A stretch of 40,833 nt of DNA from Tortispora ganteri (taxonomy: Eukaryota). Location: assembly GCA_003707115.1 (NCBI GenBank), contig PPNB01000019.1, forward strand, positions 124,001 to 164,833, in the 5' to 3' direction. A program made the translations under genes and the position numbers. Below the pieces are notes generated by a model that worked only from the letters and a program-made list of their open reading frames with translations, was not told the origin of the DNA and made no database searches. Positions 1 through 10,635 of this stretch are shown here, one piece after another. The first letter of the stretch is position 1. Each line of letters begins with the position of its first letter.

Positions 1-1
1 T

Positions 2-199
2 CCTTTTACTGTCGTCTTTGGCTGGATTATTGGTCAGCCAATGACTCTGTTCTTCTCAACTTACGAAACTGCAGTCATGTTTGTATCAGTATTTATTACT
101 AACTATCTCATTCAGGATGGCGAAAGTAACTGGTTTGAAGGTGCTCTGCTCATAGGCACCTACATAATCATTGGTCTTTCATTCTGGTTATATCCGTAA
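2..199 (+). CDS. VCX1: 3' end of vacuolar Ca2+/H+ exchanger (CAX/VCX1 family), partial
   Basis: Frame 2 reads PFTVVFGWIIGQPMTLFFSTYETAVMFVSVFITNYLIQDGESNWFEGALLIGTYIIIGLSFWLYP*. This has the CAX C-terminal motifs GWIIGQPMTL and DGxSNWxEG. Stop TAA at 197-199. Confidence 0.88.
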   Translation, partial: PFTVVFGWIIGQPMTLFFSTYETAVMFVSVFITNYLIQDGESNWFEGALLIGTYIIIGLSFWLYP

Positions 200-241
200 A
201 TGGATATACCTTCTTTACTATCACATTCTGAATCTCATACT

Positions 242-1126
242 TCAATACATGCCACTCAGGCTCTGATTCTTAAGCAACGGGTAGAGTCCGTGCTCTGATG
301 ATAACTGGAATGTCATTGTAGCTGATTCATATCCATCTTCAGGCCCAATTTTCAGTCTTTCGATTATATCTTGCAGCAAAATAGCACGTCCGACAGTTGT
401 AGATCCGGGAATCGCATATTCAGCATGGGTCACGTGTATATGGAAATGATAGTAAGTAGGCTGGTAGTGCACATAGAAGCGCAACTTGTCTGCTGCCAGG
501 CCGTATTTCTTTTCCACAGCTTTTGTACATTTCTCAATAATACTCTCGAGCCAATTTGCATCGCTTTTACGTAGGTCTCTCACAGACCAAATGTTACGGT
601 CATTGGCAATAACAACCAAATACAAAGTAGACAGAGTAGATCCGTCCCATTTCATATCTTTCATTAAGACAAATCCATGTCGATTACCGACTACTTCATC
701 GTCTCTATATACAACAGCATCCTGTTCAGCATTACCATCAAGTATATTGTAAACCCAGTCAATTGTGCCTTCACGAGTTTGAGTCATGAACGGCCTGGTT
801 ATTTCTTGATAGGCTTTAGCAGTTTCGGTAACTAAAGATACATTCTGTTTGCTGTATTTTTTTATATGTTTTTCCGTAGCAGGATGAATTAAATTTAACT
901 TCACATCTGCGCAATTGTACCAGCTGTATATGTCATTGCTTTGTACAAGAGGTACGTCCATAGGCAGTACTTTCATCACTTCTTCAGGATCAGTAGGCCA
1001 TACTGTTCGCTCGGCAATTAGAATAGCAGATTCACTATCAATCTCGCCTTTCAAAATGATCCGTTTGGATACTGAATCAGAGTTAAGAATTTCTGGTTTT
1101 ATGAACGCTCCTTTGTCAAACGACAT
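242..1126 (-). CDS. DCS1: m7GpppX scavenger decapping enzyme (DcpS, HIT family)
   Basis: Motifs NDIYSWY, LIHPATEKHIKKYS, WVYNILDG, DMKWDG and the HIT motif HYQPTYYHFHIH. Confidence 0.93.
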   Translation of the reverse strand: MSFDKGAFIKPEILNSDSVSKRIILKGEIDSESAILIAERTVWPTDPEEVMKVLPMDVPLVQSNDIYSWYNCADVKLNLIHPATEKHIKKYSKQNVSLVTETAKAYQEITRPFMTQTREGTIDWVYNILDGNAEQDAVVYRDDEVVGNRHGFVLMKDMKWDGSTLSTLYLVVIANDRNIWSVRDLRKSDANWLESIIEKCTKAVEKKYGLAADKLRFYVHYQPTYYHFHIHVTHAEYAIPGSTTVGRAILLQDIIERLKIGPEDGYESATMTFQLSSEHGLYPLLKNQSLSGMY

Positions 1127-1187
1127 TATCCTAGTGGTTGTCTATGTGTGTGATACAATTCAAGCGTGATGTATCACTGAAGAGTAC

Positions 1188-1195
1188 TGTGACTG
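1188..1195 (-). promoter_or_regulatory. Homol-D-like element (TGTGACTG = CAGTCACA on the minus strand)
   Basis: Exact 8-mer match in the DCS1/eIF3d divergent intergenic region, about 62 bp upstream of the DCS1 ATG. Confidence 0.45.
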
Positions 1196-1459
1196 CTAAA
1201 TGCAGCTATAACAACCCCGCCCTGTAACCTTTGTGACACAAAGGAAAAAATATATGCAACCTAAACCTCAATACGTATATATTGTGGACCCAAAATAGTG
1301 CCTTAGAAGTGATTCGCTCGATTCAGTGCACAGCTAATAACGGTGTTAAATCTCAAGTAACTGCTCGGTTGCCATAACAACACACCACTTATACGAAAAC
1401 CTCATCAAAAAGATTAACCCTTCAGGAAAATTAACTCTCAGTACTCAATCTATTAGAAC

Positions 1460-3082
1460 ATGTCGAAGTCATTCAAGGTTCCTAAGTTTGACCAAGGTGG
1501 TACTATCTGGGGTCCACAGACTCTGGACCCGATTTTAGCTGATATGGATATTCCATACGCCCCGTTTTCAAAGACCGATAAGATCGGAAAGGTTGCAGAC
1601 TTTCTTGGTGAAGGCCCGCGCGAACGTGACCGCAGGTCAAAAAAATCAGAACACCAAGGATACGGCGCCTCAGTCTCTTTGTTTACTATTGATCAGACTG
1701 AGGACGATTCGAACTTCAACGTAGTCGATTCTCGTCGTCGCGCTGCGGCCAAGAGTAAAGCTAAGCTTGTAAGATCTCGTGTAGGTGGTCCTACTAATAC
1801 TCGGGGCGCTGCACGAGACTCTGGCCGCTTTCCTCGCGGCAAGCCTCGCCGTTTTGGCTGGAAAGACTATGAACGCCCTCAAAGGCTTCGCGATGCTTCT
1901 GTCACTGTCCAAGAGGATTGGAAACTGATTGAGGAAATTGACTTTAGTCGCTTGTCTGTTTTAACACTTGATGTGGGCCATGGAACGGACGTTGAAACTT
2001 GCGGTGTCGTGTATCCATATGACCGTTCTTACGACAGAGTTAATGTAAAACTTGACAGAAAACTGAAGGCTCTCGATCGAGCTCTATACAACCCAACCAC
2101 TTCTGACGACCCTATCATTCAAAAAATGGCACAGTCTGGAGATTTCTCAGTTTTCGTCGCAGACTCTATTCTCTCAATGATAATGTGCGCTCCTAAGTCT
2201 GTTTATCCCTGGGATATTATTATTGCAAAAGAGAACGGCAAGCTTTTCTTCGATAAACGCGAGGGCGGACCAATTGATTTAGTTTCAGTTAATGAAAACG
2301 CTGCAGAGCCTCCCATCGAAGCCGAGGCTGGATCAAAAGACATTATCAACACTCCGGCCGCCTTGGCCCTTGAAGCACTTTTCATTAACCAGAATTTTGC
2401 CAATCAAGTCGTCCTGGAAGGAGAAGAAAATGCCCATCATATGGCTAATCCCAATCCATTCCACGACCCCGAAGATAATAGTCAACCCTTAGCCTCTCGT
2501 GGATACAGGTACAGATCATTCAACATTGCTTCTTCTATTGAAACCGATCCTTTTCCTATTTTGGTGCGTACCGAGGTAGACGCCGATATCACCAACTCAA
2601 CTACAGGTGAACCTCAATATCTCAGCATCAAGGCACTGAACGAATTTGATACTAAGGCGCCTGGCGCTGGAGGAGCTCTAGATTGGCGACAGAAACTAGA
2701 CTCGATTCCTGGTGCTATCATGGCCACTGAAATGAAAAACAACGCTTTGAAGCTTTCTAGGTGGTCGATCCAGGCTTTACTCGCTGGAATTGATACTTTC
2801 AAACTCGGTTTTGTTTCCAGAACTAACCCTAAGGATAACACTGATCACACAATCTTAGGTGTTAAGACATACAAACCTGCTGATTTCCTTAACCAAATGA
2901 ACACTTCCGTTTCCAACGGATGGGGTATTTTCCGTTCTATCATCGATATGTGCAACAAACTCCCTGATGGAAAATACGTTCTATTAAAGGATCCTAATCA
3001 GCCAATCCTACGTATTTACGAAATCCCTGCTAACGCGTTCGAAACTGAATATTCTGATGATGAAGCCTCGAACGCTGAATAA
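1460..3082 (+). CDS. EIF3D: Eukaryotic translation initiation factor 3 subunit D (Moe1/eIF3d)
   Basis: Motifs IPYAPFSKTDKIGKVAD, YNPTTSDDPII, PKSVYPWDIII, VNENA, ALNEFD, DWRQKLD, ATEMKNN and YVLLKDPN. Confidence 0.93.
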   Translation: MSKSFKVPKFDQGGTIWGPQTLDPILADMDIPYAPFSKTDKIGKVADFLGEGPRERDRRSKKSEHQGYGASVSLFTIDQTEDDSNFNVVDSRRRAAAKSKAKLVRSRVGGPTNTRGAARDSGRFPRGKPRRFGWKDYERPQRLRDASVTVQEDWKLIEEIDFSRLSVLTLDVGHGTDVETCGVVYPYDRSYDRVNVKLDRKLKALDRALYNPTTSDDPIIQKMAQSGDFSVFVADSILSMIMCAPKSVYPWDIIIAKENGKLFFDKREGGPIDLVSVNENAAEPPIEAEAGSKDIINTPAALALEALFINQNFANQVVLEGEENAHHMANPNPFHDPEDNSQPLASRGYRYRSFNIASSIETDPFPILVRTEVDADITNSTTGEPQYLSIKALNEFDTKAPGAGGALDWRQKLDSIPGAIMATEMKNNALKLSRWSIQALLAGIDTFKLGFVSRTNPKDNTDHTILGVKTYKPADFLNQMNTSVSNGWGIFRSIIDMCNKLPDGKYVLLKDPNQPILRIYEIPANAFETEYSDDEASNAE

Positions 3083-3222
3083 ACTCTAAGCTATCTATCT
3101 TTTCAATAAATAGGTCATATAAGTATAAGCCATACGCTTGCTATCCGGTATAGATTTGCCTGACAACACATTACACGTAAAAACAAAATAATGATAGATG
3201 CACTTTACGGTTATATCAATTT

Positions 3223-4659
3223 TCAGGGACTGTAAATGAACTGCGGAGTTTGGATGAAACACTCTCGCACTTGAGAAGTCAAGGTGCTCAGCAGCGAAGC
3301 ATTGGCTTCGACATTGGCACCCGGTGGGGAAGCAACAAACCTGTAAGTGTTCTTCGAGAACTTCCAAACTCTGGCAGATCCTTTACGTATACAGGCAGAA
3401 TAAAGCTGACAGCCAACGCACGCAGGAGCACTGCATGCAATAATTCCAGGGCTACGTCGAAGAACGTGAAGAACGTCTAAGAGAAGTTTTTCTGGATGCT
3501 TGTGTTGCCGGCTAATGACTTGAGGGAATTTAAGATCAATATATTCCCCGATTTCCTTTTTAACAGGGAAAGATGCACATGAGGTAGCTTGAACAGTCGT
3601 GCGCCAGTCTTTAAACTTAGCTGAGTTTTCTTGGATATCAATTTGTGCTCGCAACAACGGTTTACTAAACTTATCAAGTTTTAAATCACGAATAAGTTTG
3701 TCTGGCAGAACTACAAGCTTGCTCGCCAGTTCAGTAATGCTCGACACTTTAATCGGGAAGGGGATTATTTGCTTTTCCAGAGCATAAACCATACGCATAA
3801 CTGCAAGGTGATAATCAGCCAAAGTTACAAGAGTATCCCATAGATGAGAACGCTCCTCAGTTCCACATTGTATACTGCGACTGTCTAATATCTGTCTAAA
3901 TATCGAGGACCGCGTAAGAGTATAAGCAGTGAAGCAAATATTCTGTAATAAGTCCGGTGTTTGATTTTTCAATGCAATGTCTACCGAGGAGCTGAATTCA
4001 TAAATGACCGAGTTAATAACTTCCGAAACATTAACGTTGCAGAGATCTGAATCTTCAATTACACTTCCTGACATAAGAATCGCGTCACCTTTCCTATTAT
4101 ACTGAGTAATGGTCTTCCAAGCATTCGAGTCAAAATTGAGTACTATATTCTGAAGTGTGATCATTTTAAGAGGAATCGAAGAATCAGCTTCTTTTAAATG
4201 TGGAGCAATTGCCGAAAAACAAGATTTAGACAAATATGAATAGAATATTTTGTCATATTTGGACTTAAGGGATTCGCAGTTGTAGTGTTTCGACGGAGAG
4301 AAAACAGAGGAGAGGTTCTCTAGAAGATCAGCTAGCACAAGTTCATCTCCTCTGTCAGAACAAATAAAGATTGTAGTGCCTAAATTGGTTGACTCAACGT
4401 ATGTTGCAACTTCAGTAGTATCAGTTTGAACAAATCTCAATAGAGATTCAAGCCAGTTTACCTTCTTCTGCATTCTTGCCATCCTAGAGTTGTCATCAAA
4501 ATCTGAATGTGATACTTCCAAGATTTCCAGTATCGCAGACAGCTCATATGCACAAGAGGAAGGAGAAGAAGAGACTGAGGTGAATCTGCGTCGAGTTGAG
4601 GAAGGTTGCTCGGACGATATGTGGTGCCAATCTTCTGTGACCGTGGAGATGGAAGACAT
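3223..4659 (-). CDS. Orphan protein with a C-terminal Zn-dependent deaminase-like motif (OTT_1508_deam-like)
   Basis: 478-aa ORF. KHPEKLLL...IIACSAPACVGC gives HxE followed by SxxxCxxC. The N-terminal WLESLLRFV...EVATYVE segment resembles fungal OTT_1508 proteins as I recall them. Confidence 0.6.
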   Translation of the reverse strand: MSSISTVTEDWHHISSEQPSSTRRRFTSVSSSPSSCAYELSAILEILEVSHSDFDDNSRMARMQKKVNWLESLLRFVQTDTTEVATYVESTNLGTTIFICSDRGDELVLADLLENLSSVFSPSKHYNCESLKSKYDKIFYSYLSKSCFSAIAPHLKEADSSIPLKMITLQNIVLNFDSNAWKTITQYNRKGDAILMSGSVIEDSDLCNVNVSEVINSVIYEFSSSVDIALKNQTPDLLQNICFTAYTLTRSSIFRQILDSRSIQCGTEERSHLWDTLVTLADYHLAVMRMVYALEKQIIPFPIKVSSITELASKLVVLPDKLIRDLKLDKFSKPLLRAQIDIQENSAKFKDWRTTVQATSCASFPVKKEIGEYIDLKFPQVISRQHKHPEKLLLDVLHVLRRSPGIIACSAPACVGCQLYSACIRKGSARVWKFSKNTYRFVASPPGANVEANASLLSTLTSQVRECFIQTPQFIYSP

Positions 4660-4949
4660 CGGCTGCTGTGTTGACTAAATACAGGGAAACAAATGCTAAA
4701 CTTAGTCCTCAAGTGATAGAAAGAAAACAAAGATGACAGAAAGGTAAAGTATAATGGTAATGTCAAGGAATATATGCAGCAACGCAGGATTTGGGAGAGC
4801 TCAGTTCTGATGTAAGCATACAGGGTCCACAGATACTCCCTGCAGTTGCTCAAAACGGGTCCCATGTATAAGTCCTTAAAGCATATTTAAGCCAATTGAT
4901 TTGGTTGAGTATGCCAATCCAGGCGCGGCCCTATAGCTTTGAGTCCCGA

Positions 4950-5270
4950 TTATAGAGGTCTAACTGGAGATCTGGCTTTTTGGGGAGACTCTGGCAAATG
5001 TTCGAATCGCAAGGATTTAGAAGAAGAGGAAAGATAAGGAGGCAATATAGTTTTTATGGGCCGCTTCGGCTTTAGTTGTTTTTGCGCATACCTTCCTTCC
5101 CTGAGCTGTCTAAACGTTAGTTTACGAATACCAGATGGCACTCTGACTTTACGCAGTTCTAGCTGGATATCCAGCGATTCAGCAGCAAGTTTGTACTGCG
5201 CTTCAAGTCGTTGAACTCTGTCTTCAAGCTCTAACTCGAGATTCTCTATGACACTATTGAAAGTAGACAT
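4950..5270 (-). CDS. NBL1: Nbl1/Borealin-like chromosomal passenger complex subunit
   Basis: IENLELELEDRVQRL...LELRKVRVPSGIRKLTFRQL fits the Nbl1_Borealin_N pattern. The basic tail carries SP motifs. Confidence 0.7.
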   Translation of the reverse strand: MSTFNSVIENLELELEDRVQRLEAQYKLAAESLDIQLELRKVRVPSGIRKLTFRQLREGRYAQKQLKPKRPIKTILPPYLSSSSKSLRFEHLPESPQKARSPVRPL

Positions 5271-5512
5271 TTCTGGTAAGGATAATATTAGGGAACAACA
5301 AAACAGTGTGGTGAATTAATGTTTATTGATTACTGGTTATAGGCAGTGTCGTTGTGCCTATTGGCATAGCAACGTCGAAGGCGAAATTACCAATAGAAAC
5401 GCTAATGGTAAGTTACCACTTATTGCCATTTTGGTGGAGCTACTTCCGCGCAGAACAACACTTTCTAGAAGAACAAAACAAGGTGCTGTAACCAGTACAA
5501 TAAAGATACAAG

Positions 5513-6391
5513 ATGACGTTAGAGGCAACTATGATTCTGATTGACAACTCAGAGTATATGCGAAATGGTGATTACACACCATCACGCTTTGAGGCTCAAC
5601 GTGACGCCCTCAATCCCATCTTTGCGGCAAAGCGACATTCAAATCCTGAGAATACTGTAGGATTGATGACTACCGCAGGAAAGTATCCTACAGTGCTAAC
5701 GACCTTTGCTGTAGATTACGGTAAACTAATGTCAGCGTTACATGAGGTATCGATTGAAGGGTCAGTTCAGTTAGTATCTGCGATAAGCATTGCTAGCCTC
5801 GCCCTCAAGCATCGGATGAACAAGCATCAAAAACAGAGAATCATTGCATTTGTTGGTTCTCCAATAGCTGATGACGAAAAAAGACTTATAAAGCTTGCCA
5901 AAAAGCTCAAGAAAGATTCTGTTGCAGTTGATATAATATCGTTTGGCGAAGAAAATGAAAACGCTCACCGTCTCGAGAAATTCATTGAATCAGTCAACTC
6001 TAATAATAACAGCACTTTGCTGGTAGTACCTGCCGGTCCAAACCTGCTATCTGACAGTATTGTCAGCTCGAGCTTGCTATCTGGATCTTCCGAGTCCTCG
6101 TCACAACCTATCGCTGACTTCGAATTTGGCGTCGATCCTAATTTAGAACCTGAATTGGCAATGGCTCTCCGTTTATCTCTTGAAGAAGAGCGCAATAGGC
6201 AAGAGAGAGACCGTCGTGCACAGAACCACGAAGAAGTTCCTGCTTCTACCACAGATAATGATGAGACAGTTCCTCCTGCTGAATTGAAATCAGACGGAAA
6301 CAGCAATAATGCTAGCAGTCACGATAATGATGAAGATAACGATGGTCAAACTGAAGAAGTCAATCAAAGCGAAAAAATGGATACTACTTAA
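5513..6391 (+). CDS. RPN10: 26S proteasome regulatory subunit Rpn10
   Basis: vWA domain (MTLEATMILIDNSEYMRNGDY, NPENTVG, QRIIAFVGSP) and UIM (FGVDPNLEPELAMALRLSLEEE). Confidence 0.97.
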   Translation: MTLEATMILIDNSEYMRNGDYTPSRFEAQRDALNPIFAAKRHSNPENTVGLMTTAGKYPTVLTTFAVDYGKLMSALHEVSIEGSVQLVSAISIASLALKHRMNKHQKQRIIAFVGSPIADDEKRLIKLAKKLKKDSVAVDIISFGEENENAHRLEKFIESVNSNNNSTLLVVPAGPNLLSDSIVSSSLLSGSSESSSQPIADFEFGVDPNLEPELAMALRLSLEEERNRQERDRRAQNHEEVPASTTDNDETVPPAELKSDGNSNNASSHDNDEDNDGQTEEVNQSEKMDTT

Positions 6392-6738
6392 TATCAGTTC
6401 CTCCATGTTTCCATTCTTTCTCTATATTACTGACATCAGTTATGCCCATTTCCTTAAATTACTGTCAACAGCTTACACAATATACATGAAAAAATGTAGA
6501 TTCTACAAATGTATAATTATAATATAAAGATAAAAAAACCATTTCTTGCATACTTTAAGTAACAACGATGGTCAGGCAAAAGAACAAAAACGTCAAACGT
6601 GACTAATATACACGAGCCTGCAAAAGAGCACACAACTAGAAATGCTACGAGTTGCGCGCTTTTGGTGCAATAATAAGTATATGACCCGGTGTAATCCAAC
6701 AAATAAGTAGCCCTTATCCAAAGCGCAAGTCATGATAA

Positions 6739-7695
6739 CTAGTCTGAAGCAGCAGCAGAAGCAGTAGCAGTTGGGGTAGGGGTAGTGGCGGTAGTAGTTG
6801 CTTCTTCAGCTGGTTTCTCCGCGTCTTTATCGGATTCCTTTTCGGCTTTCTCTTTCTCCAATTCTTCTTGTTTAGCGCGTTCTTTCATTTCAGCAACAGT
6901 CAAGAATCGACCTCCTTGTCCACGCATTCTCTTCATCGCATGGGCATGTCGGCTTTCGTGCAAATAAGGCTTGCGGCTTTTGCTCACACGTAAAGTTTCT
7001 TCAAGTCGTGCCCGAGCAATGCGACGTTTCAATATACGGTGATATTGCTTAGCATTAACATATAGCGGTTGATCCTGGCCGTTGTCTTGCTGCATATGTG
7101 GTATTTGTGTAAGGGGACCAGTGGCTCCTGATATTTGGGGAACTCCACTGACCTGCGACATTTGACCCATATGCATCCCAGATCCGACCATACCCATTTG
7201 AAGAGGTGTACCTTGGATTGATTGATTCGAACCTCCATACGGGGTTTGAGCTGAGAGTAGAGATTGACTATTGTGAATAGGAGTATTCTGAGTTGGCGTC
7301 CCTGCAGCAGCAGCTGCTGCTACTTGAGAATGCAACCTGTATTGCTGCTGTTGCTGTTGCCGTTGCTGCATCAATGGCGATTCGCCCGAGATAGAACCTC
7401 GTGCGGACATTTTATAGCTGAGTTGATCAGATCGATAACCACCGCTTTGGTACATCTGTTGCTGCTGCTGCGAGTGTTGTTGAGATTGTGGTGTCTGTGG
7501 AGATTGTTGCTGCGAAGAATTTACATAATGTATAGGATGCTGTTGACCAGCAGAGACGCCGCCGCCATATCCAAACATTGGCAAGTGTTGTTGCGATTGC
7601 TGCAACATTTGTGATTGCGCCAAGTCATGATTGGTAGTTCCATACACCAGGTGGCCACTATCATCATCCGGAGAAGGTATGGCGTACTCAGCCAT
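6739..7695 (-). CDS. HAP2: CCAAT-binding complex subunit Hap2/HapB (NF-YA)
   Basis: [20 protein letters not shown]...[26 protein letters not shown], preceded by a Q-rich N-terminus. Confidence 0.95.
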   Translation of the reverse strand: MAEYAIPSPDDDSGHLVYGTTNHDLAQSQMLQQSQQHLPMFGYGGGVSAGQQHPIHYVNSSQQQSPQTPQSQQHSQQQQQMYQSGGYRSDQLSYKMSARGSISGESPLMQQRQQQQQQYRLHSQVAAAAAAGTPTQNTPIHNSQSLLSAQTPYGGSNQSIQGTPLQMGMVGSGMHMGQMSQVSGVPQISGATGPLTQIPHMQQDNGQDQPLYVNAKQYHRILKRRIARARLEETLRVSKSRKPYLHESRHAHAMKRMRGQGGRFLTVAEMKERAKQEELEKEKAEKESDKDAEKPAEEATTTATTPTPTATASAAASD

Positions 7696-8692
7696 TATAT
7701 TATAGTTTCACGCTTTTTGTAAGCTAACAGAAAGTAAAGGCGATATTTGTAAGAAGAAAGAACGAGGAAGTTCGATCAAAACAACAATAGTACTTCGCGT
7801 TCTGTAAACCTTAAATAGGGTTTTAGTACGGCAGACAGGCAGCGAATTGGAATGTAAAGTTGCTATAGAAACTCCAAATGGGAGAGAACTACGACTTCTT
7901 AGTGGTTGAAGAAGGGTCAAAGACGATACCCACTTTGCGACGTTATTGGTGGAGCTTGGTTTAGACGGTCACGGTTCTACAGAAACAGACCAATAAGCAA
8001 GTGGCAAGAATCCCTAAACGATGACTTGATGGACTCAGGATTTTGGCGATGGGCAACTTTTTTGCGATCAACCTACTTTCAACGGTATTCCTTATTATTG
8101 CACTGTAAAAGCAAAGCAAAATATCAATTGCGGCAAAGTGTTGGTAAAAGAAGAAATGGTAAACGGCTGAAAACGGTTAGTTATTGACCTGGCTATTCTC
8201 CCCGTCAAGCCCGCGAGGACAAACCCCGGAAGCTATGCGACCAAGAAGCAACTTTTTTCAATGACCCATTGCAAATATATATATAAATATCAATCAGCAA
8301 TAATCTTATAGATATTAATCAATATTTAATATATAATATTGTGATATATTGAATAGCGCGAATGTTGCTGACTGATTAGCGATCTGTTAGCGCCATACGT
8401 TCCTTTAAAATAAATCATCTGAATACCACGCGAACTTCTCAGCAAGTCATACGTTATTGTGGTTTACAACTGATAAGCCGAAAATATGTCACTTTATTGT
8501 TTACAGTGAATACTTGCCATTAATCGTGCGTGTCACAAAGTTTCGGGTCATTCTGTCAAGCGTTCGATCAGATTCAACGTATCAGTTGATCGTATTCCAG
8601 TTGTCCTATACACGAAACACGACAATTTATGCGGCACAGGCACAATCTTCAAAATTGAAATTTGAAAATAACTTGCAAAAAAGTTTTGTTGT

Positions 8693-10405
8693 TCATTTTT
8701 TAGTAGATGCCATCCATCCGAATGACAGTTCTTTCTCGGCTCCGGTTTCGATAAGTACATTCAGAAGACTGATATGGCCTTGTTCGGCTTTCGATAGCGC
8801 CTCTTTAACAGCTTTGCCAACATCAGTTTCCGTTTTCACTAAAAAGCCCGTGCCACCTACAGCATCCGCTATCAGGTCATATCTGGTTTCGAAACCCAAA
8901 GTTGTGGGACGCAACTTACGTCCCTGATCCTCATACGCTTCAGCTCCGCCGGCTTGACCATGGTACACTCCATTGTTATTCATTACAACAACAACCATTC
9001 CCAGACAATATCTGCTGGCGGTCTCTAGTTCCATCGCAGAGAATCCAAAAGCAGAATCACCTTCCAGTACTAACGGTATCAAGGGCCTATCAGCCTTAAC
9101 TAGTTCTGGAGGAACAGCTGCAGCCGCTATCGCATATCCCATACCAATACCCATAGTCGCGTTGGTACCAGCATCGATCCTTCGTCTCGGCTCATCCACA
9201 TCAAAAGCGCTTCTAGCAATATCCATGGTGTTGGCTCCTTCAGAAACAAACATTATGTCTTTTCTATGTTTGATCTCATTTTTGATTAATGCGTAGACTC
9301 TCTCATATGTAAGAGGCTGTCCTTCGGGTATAGTCTTAGTCGATTTAAGAACAGCTTTTCGGCTGTTTCGATTTTTAGATTCCAGAATCTTTTCTGGGAT
9401 CTGCGGCGCTTTCCATGAACCTAAGGCTGTTAGAAGCTGTTCGGCAACAGTACCTGCGTCGTTCACAATAGGGACCACTTTAGCCGCCAACTCAGAAGCA
9501 ATATCACGATCAATGTCTACCAGATAGAAAGTCGGACTCTTCTTCCATTTATTAGACGATCCGAAATGAAGAATCCAATTTAATCGCGCTCCAAACACCA
9601 CTACAACATCGGCTTCGGCCAATGCCGCCGATCTAGCAGCTGAAACATTAGTATCCCATGAGTCCGGAATCACTCCTTTACCCATTGGCGTTGGCAAGAA
9701 AGCAACATTAGTGTTTTCAACCAGAGCTCTCAAGCTCTCCTCCGCACGGCCATAAGCGGCTCCTTTTCCTATTACAAGCAAGGGGAACTCCGCTTCAGTA
9801 ATAGCGCTAGCAATTTCATTAATTTTTGAGCTTGAAATTGAATAATCTGCCGCTATATCTAGTTTTTCTGCAAATTTTTCAATGACAGGCAAAAATGCCT
9901 CCGCATCGGTAGCCTTGATCACATCTGCAGGAAGATCTACATACGCGCAGCCCGGACTGCCGGAGCCAGCAACAATGTAACTCTGTAGAATGACATCCGA
10001 TATAATACCTACCTTTGTACACTTTAACGCAGATTTAGTGAATGTCTTGACAGTGCTAATTTGATCAAGTTCTTGAAATGCGCCTCGACCTACTAAATCA
10101 GATTCTGAAGATCCTGCTAAAACTAATAATGGCCATTTATTAGCTTTGGCATTCTCGATACCAGCTAATGCATGTACTATTCCAGGTCCTCCTACTACCA
10201 GTAGTACACCTGGTGAATGAGTTAAGTAACCGTAAGCAGACGCAGCGTAAGATGCAGCTTGCTCATTACGGAATCCAATGAATCGCACCCCTCTAGCGAC
10301 CAATGCATCCGCAACTTCAATTACAGGAATGCCAACAAGTCCAAATACGACTTTTACCCCAAGACTTTTAATACTTTCAGCGATAACATCTGCACCAGTA
10401 GTCAT
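8693..10405 (-). CDS. TPP-dependent 2-hydroxyacyl-CoA lyase / oxalyl-CoA decarboxylase family (Pxp1/YEL020C-like)
   Basis: Motifs FGLVGIPV, FRNEQAASYAA, GANTMDIAR, DAGTNATMGIG and the TPP motif EGDSAFGFSAME...NNNG. Confidence 0.92.
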   Translation of the reverse strand: MTTGADVIAESIKSLGVKVVFGLVGIPVIEVADALVARGVRFIGFRNEQAASYAASAYGYLTHSPGVLLVVGGPGIVHALAGIENAKANKWPLLVLAGSSESDLVGRGAFQELDQISTVKTFTKSALKCTKVGIISDVILQSYIVAGSGSPGCAYVDLPADVIKATDAEAFLPVIEKFAEKLDIAADYSISSSKINEIASAITEAEFPLLVIGKGAAYGRAEESLRALVENTNVAFLPTPMGKGVIPDSWDTNVSAARSAALAEADVVVVFGARLNWILHFGSSNKWKKSPTFYLVDIDRDIASELAAKVVPIVNDAGTVAEQLLTALGSWKAPQIPEKILESKNRNSRKAVLKSTKTIPEGQPLTYERVYALIKNEIKHRKDIMFVSEGANTMDIARSAFDVDEPRRRIDAGTNATMGIGMGYAIAAAAVPPELVKADRPLIPLVLEGDSAFGFSAMELETASRYCLGMVVVVMNNNGVYHGQAGGAEAYEDQGRKLRPTTLGFETRYDLIADAVGGTGFLVKTETDVGKAVKEALSKAEQGHISLLNVLIETGAEKELSFGWMASTKK

Positions 10406-10635
10406 AATTGATATCTATGTAAAAAAGAGAGAGGAGTGGCAATAGAGTAAGCGAACCTTACTCAAACGCGAAGCCGATCGGTATTGCGCCATCCAGGCCC
10501 CCCTCCACGTTGGCTGACATATTAGTGAGCTCGCTTGAATATAACGTAAATTAATAACTCTCGCCGACCGTATTTAGTGAGGATAAAAATATTTACCATC
10601 ATAAAAAGAGAAGCTCAATATCAATAAAAATAAAA

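Noticed and set aside
1323..1409. Possible minus-strand C/D snoRNA (TTGATGA...CTGA)
   Set aside because: Imperfect box C, no terminal stem, no rRNA complementarity I could recognise, and it lies within a promoter.
5271..5512. Rpn4/PACE site in the RPN10 promoter
   Set aside because: Only partial matches (TTGCCATT, GGTGGAGC); no GGTGGCAAA on either strand.
7906..8187. 93-aa ORF upstream of HAP2
   Set aside because: TTG start, no family features, and it occupies the promoter region.
10406..10630. TPP riboswitch upstream of the TPP-dependent lyase
   Set aside because: No CUGAGA core or hosting intron on the sense strand.
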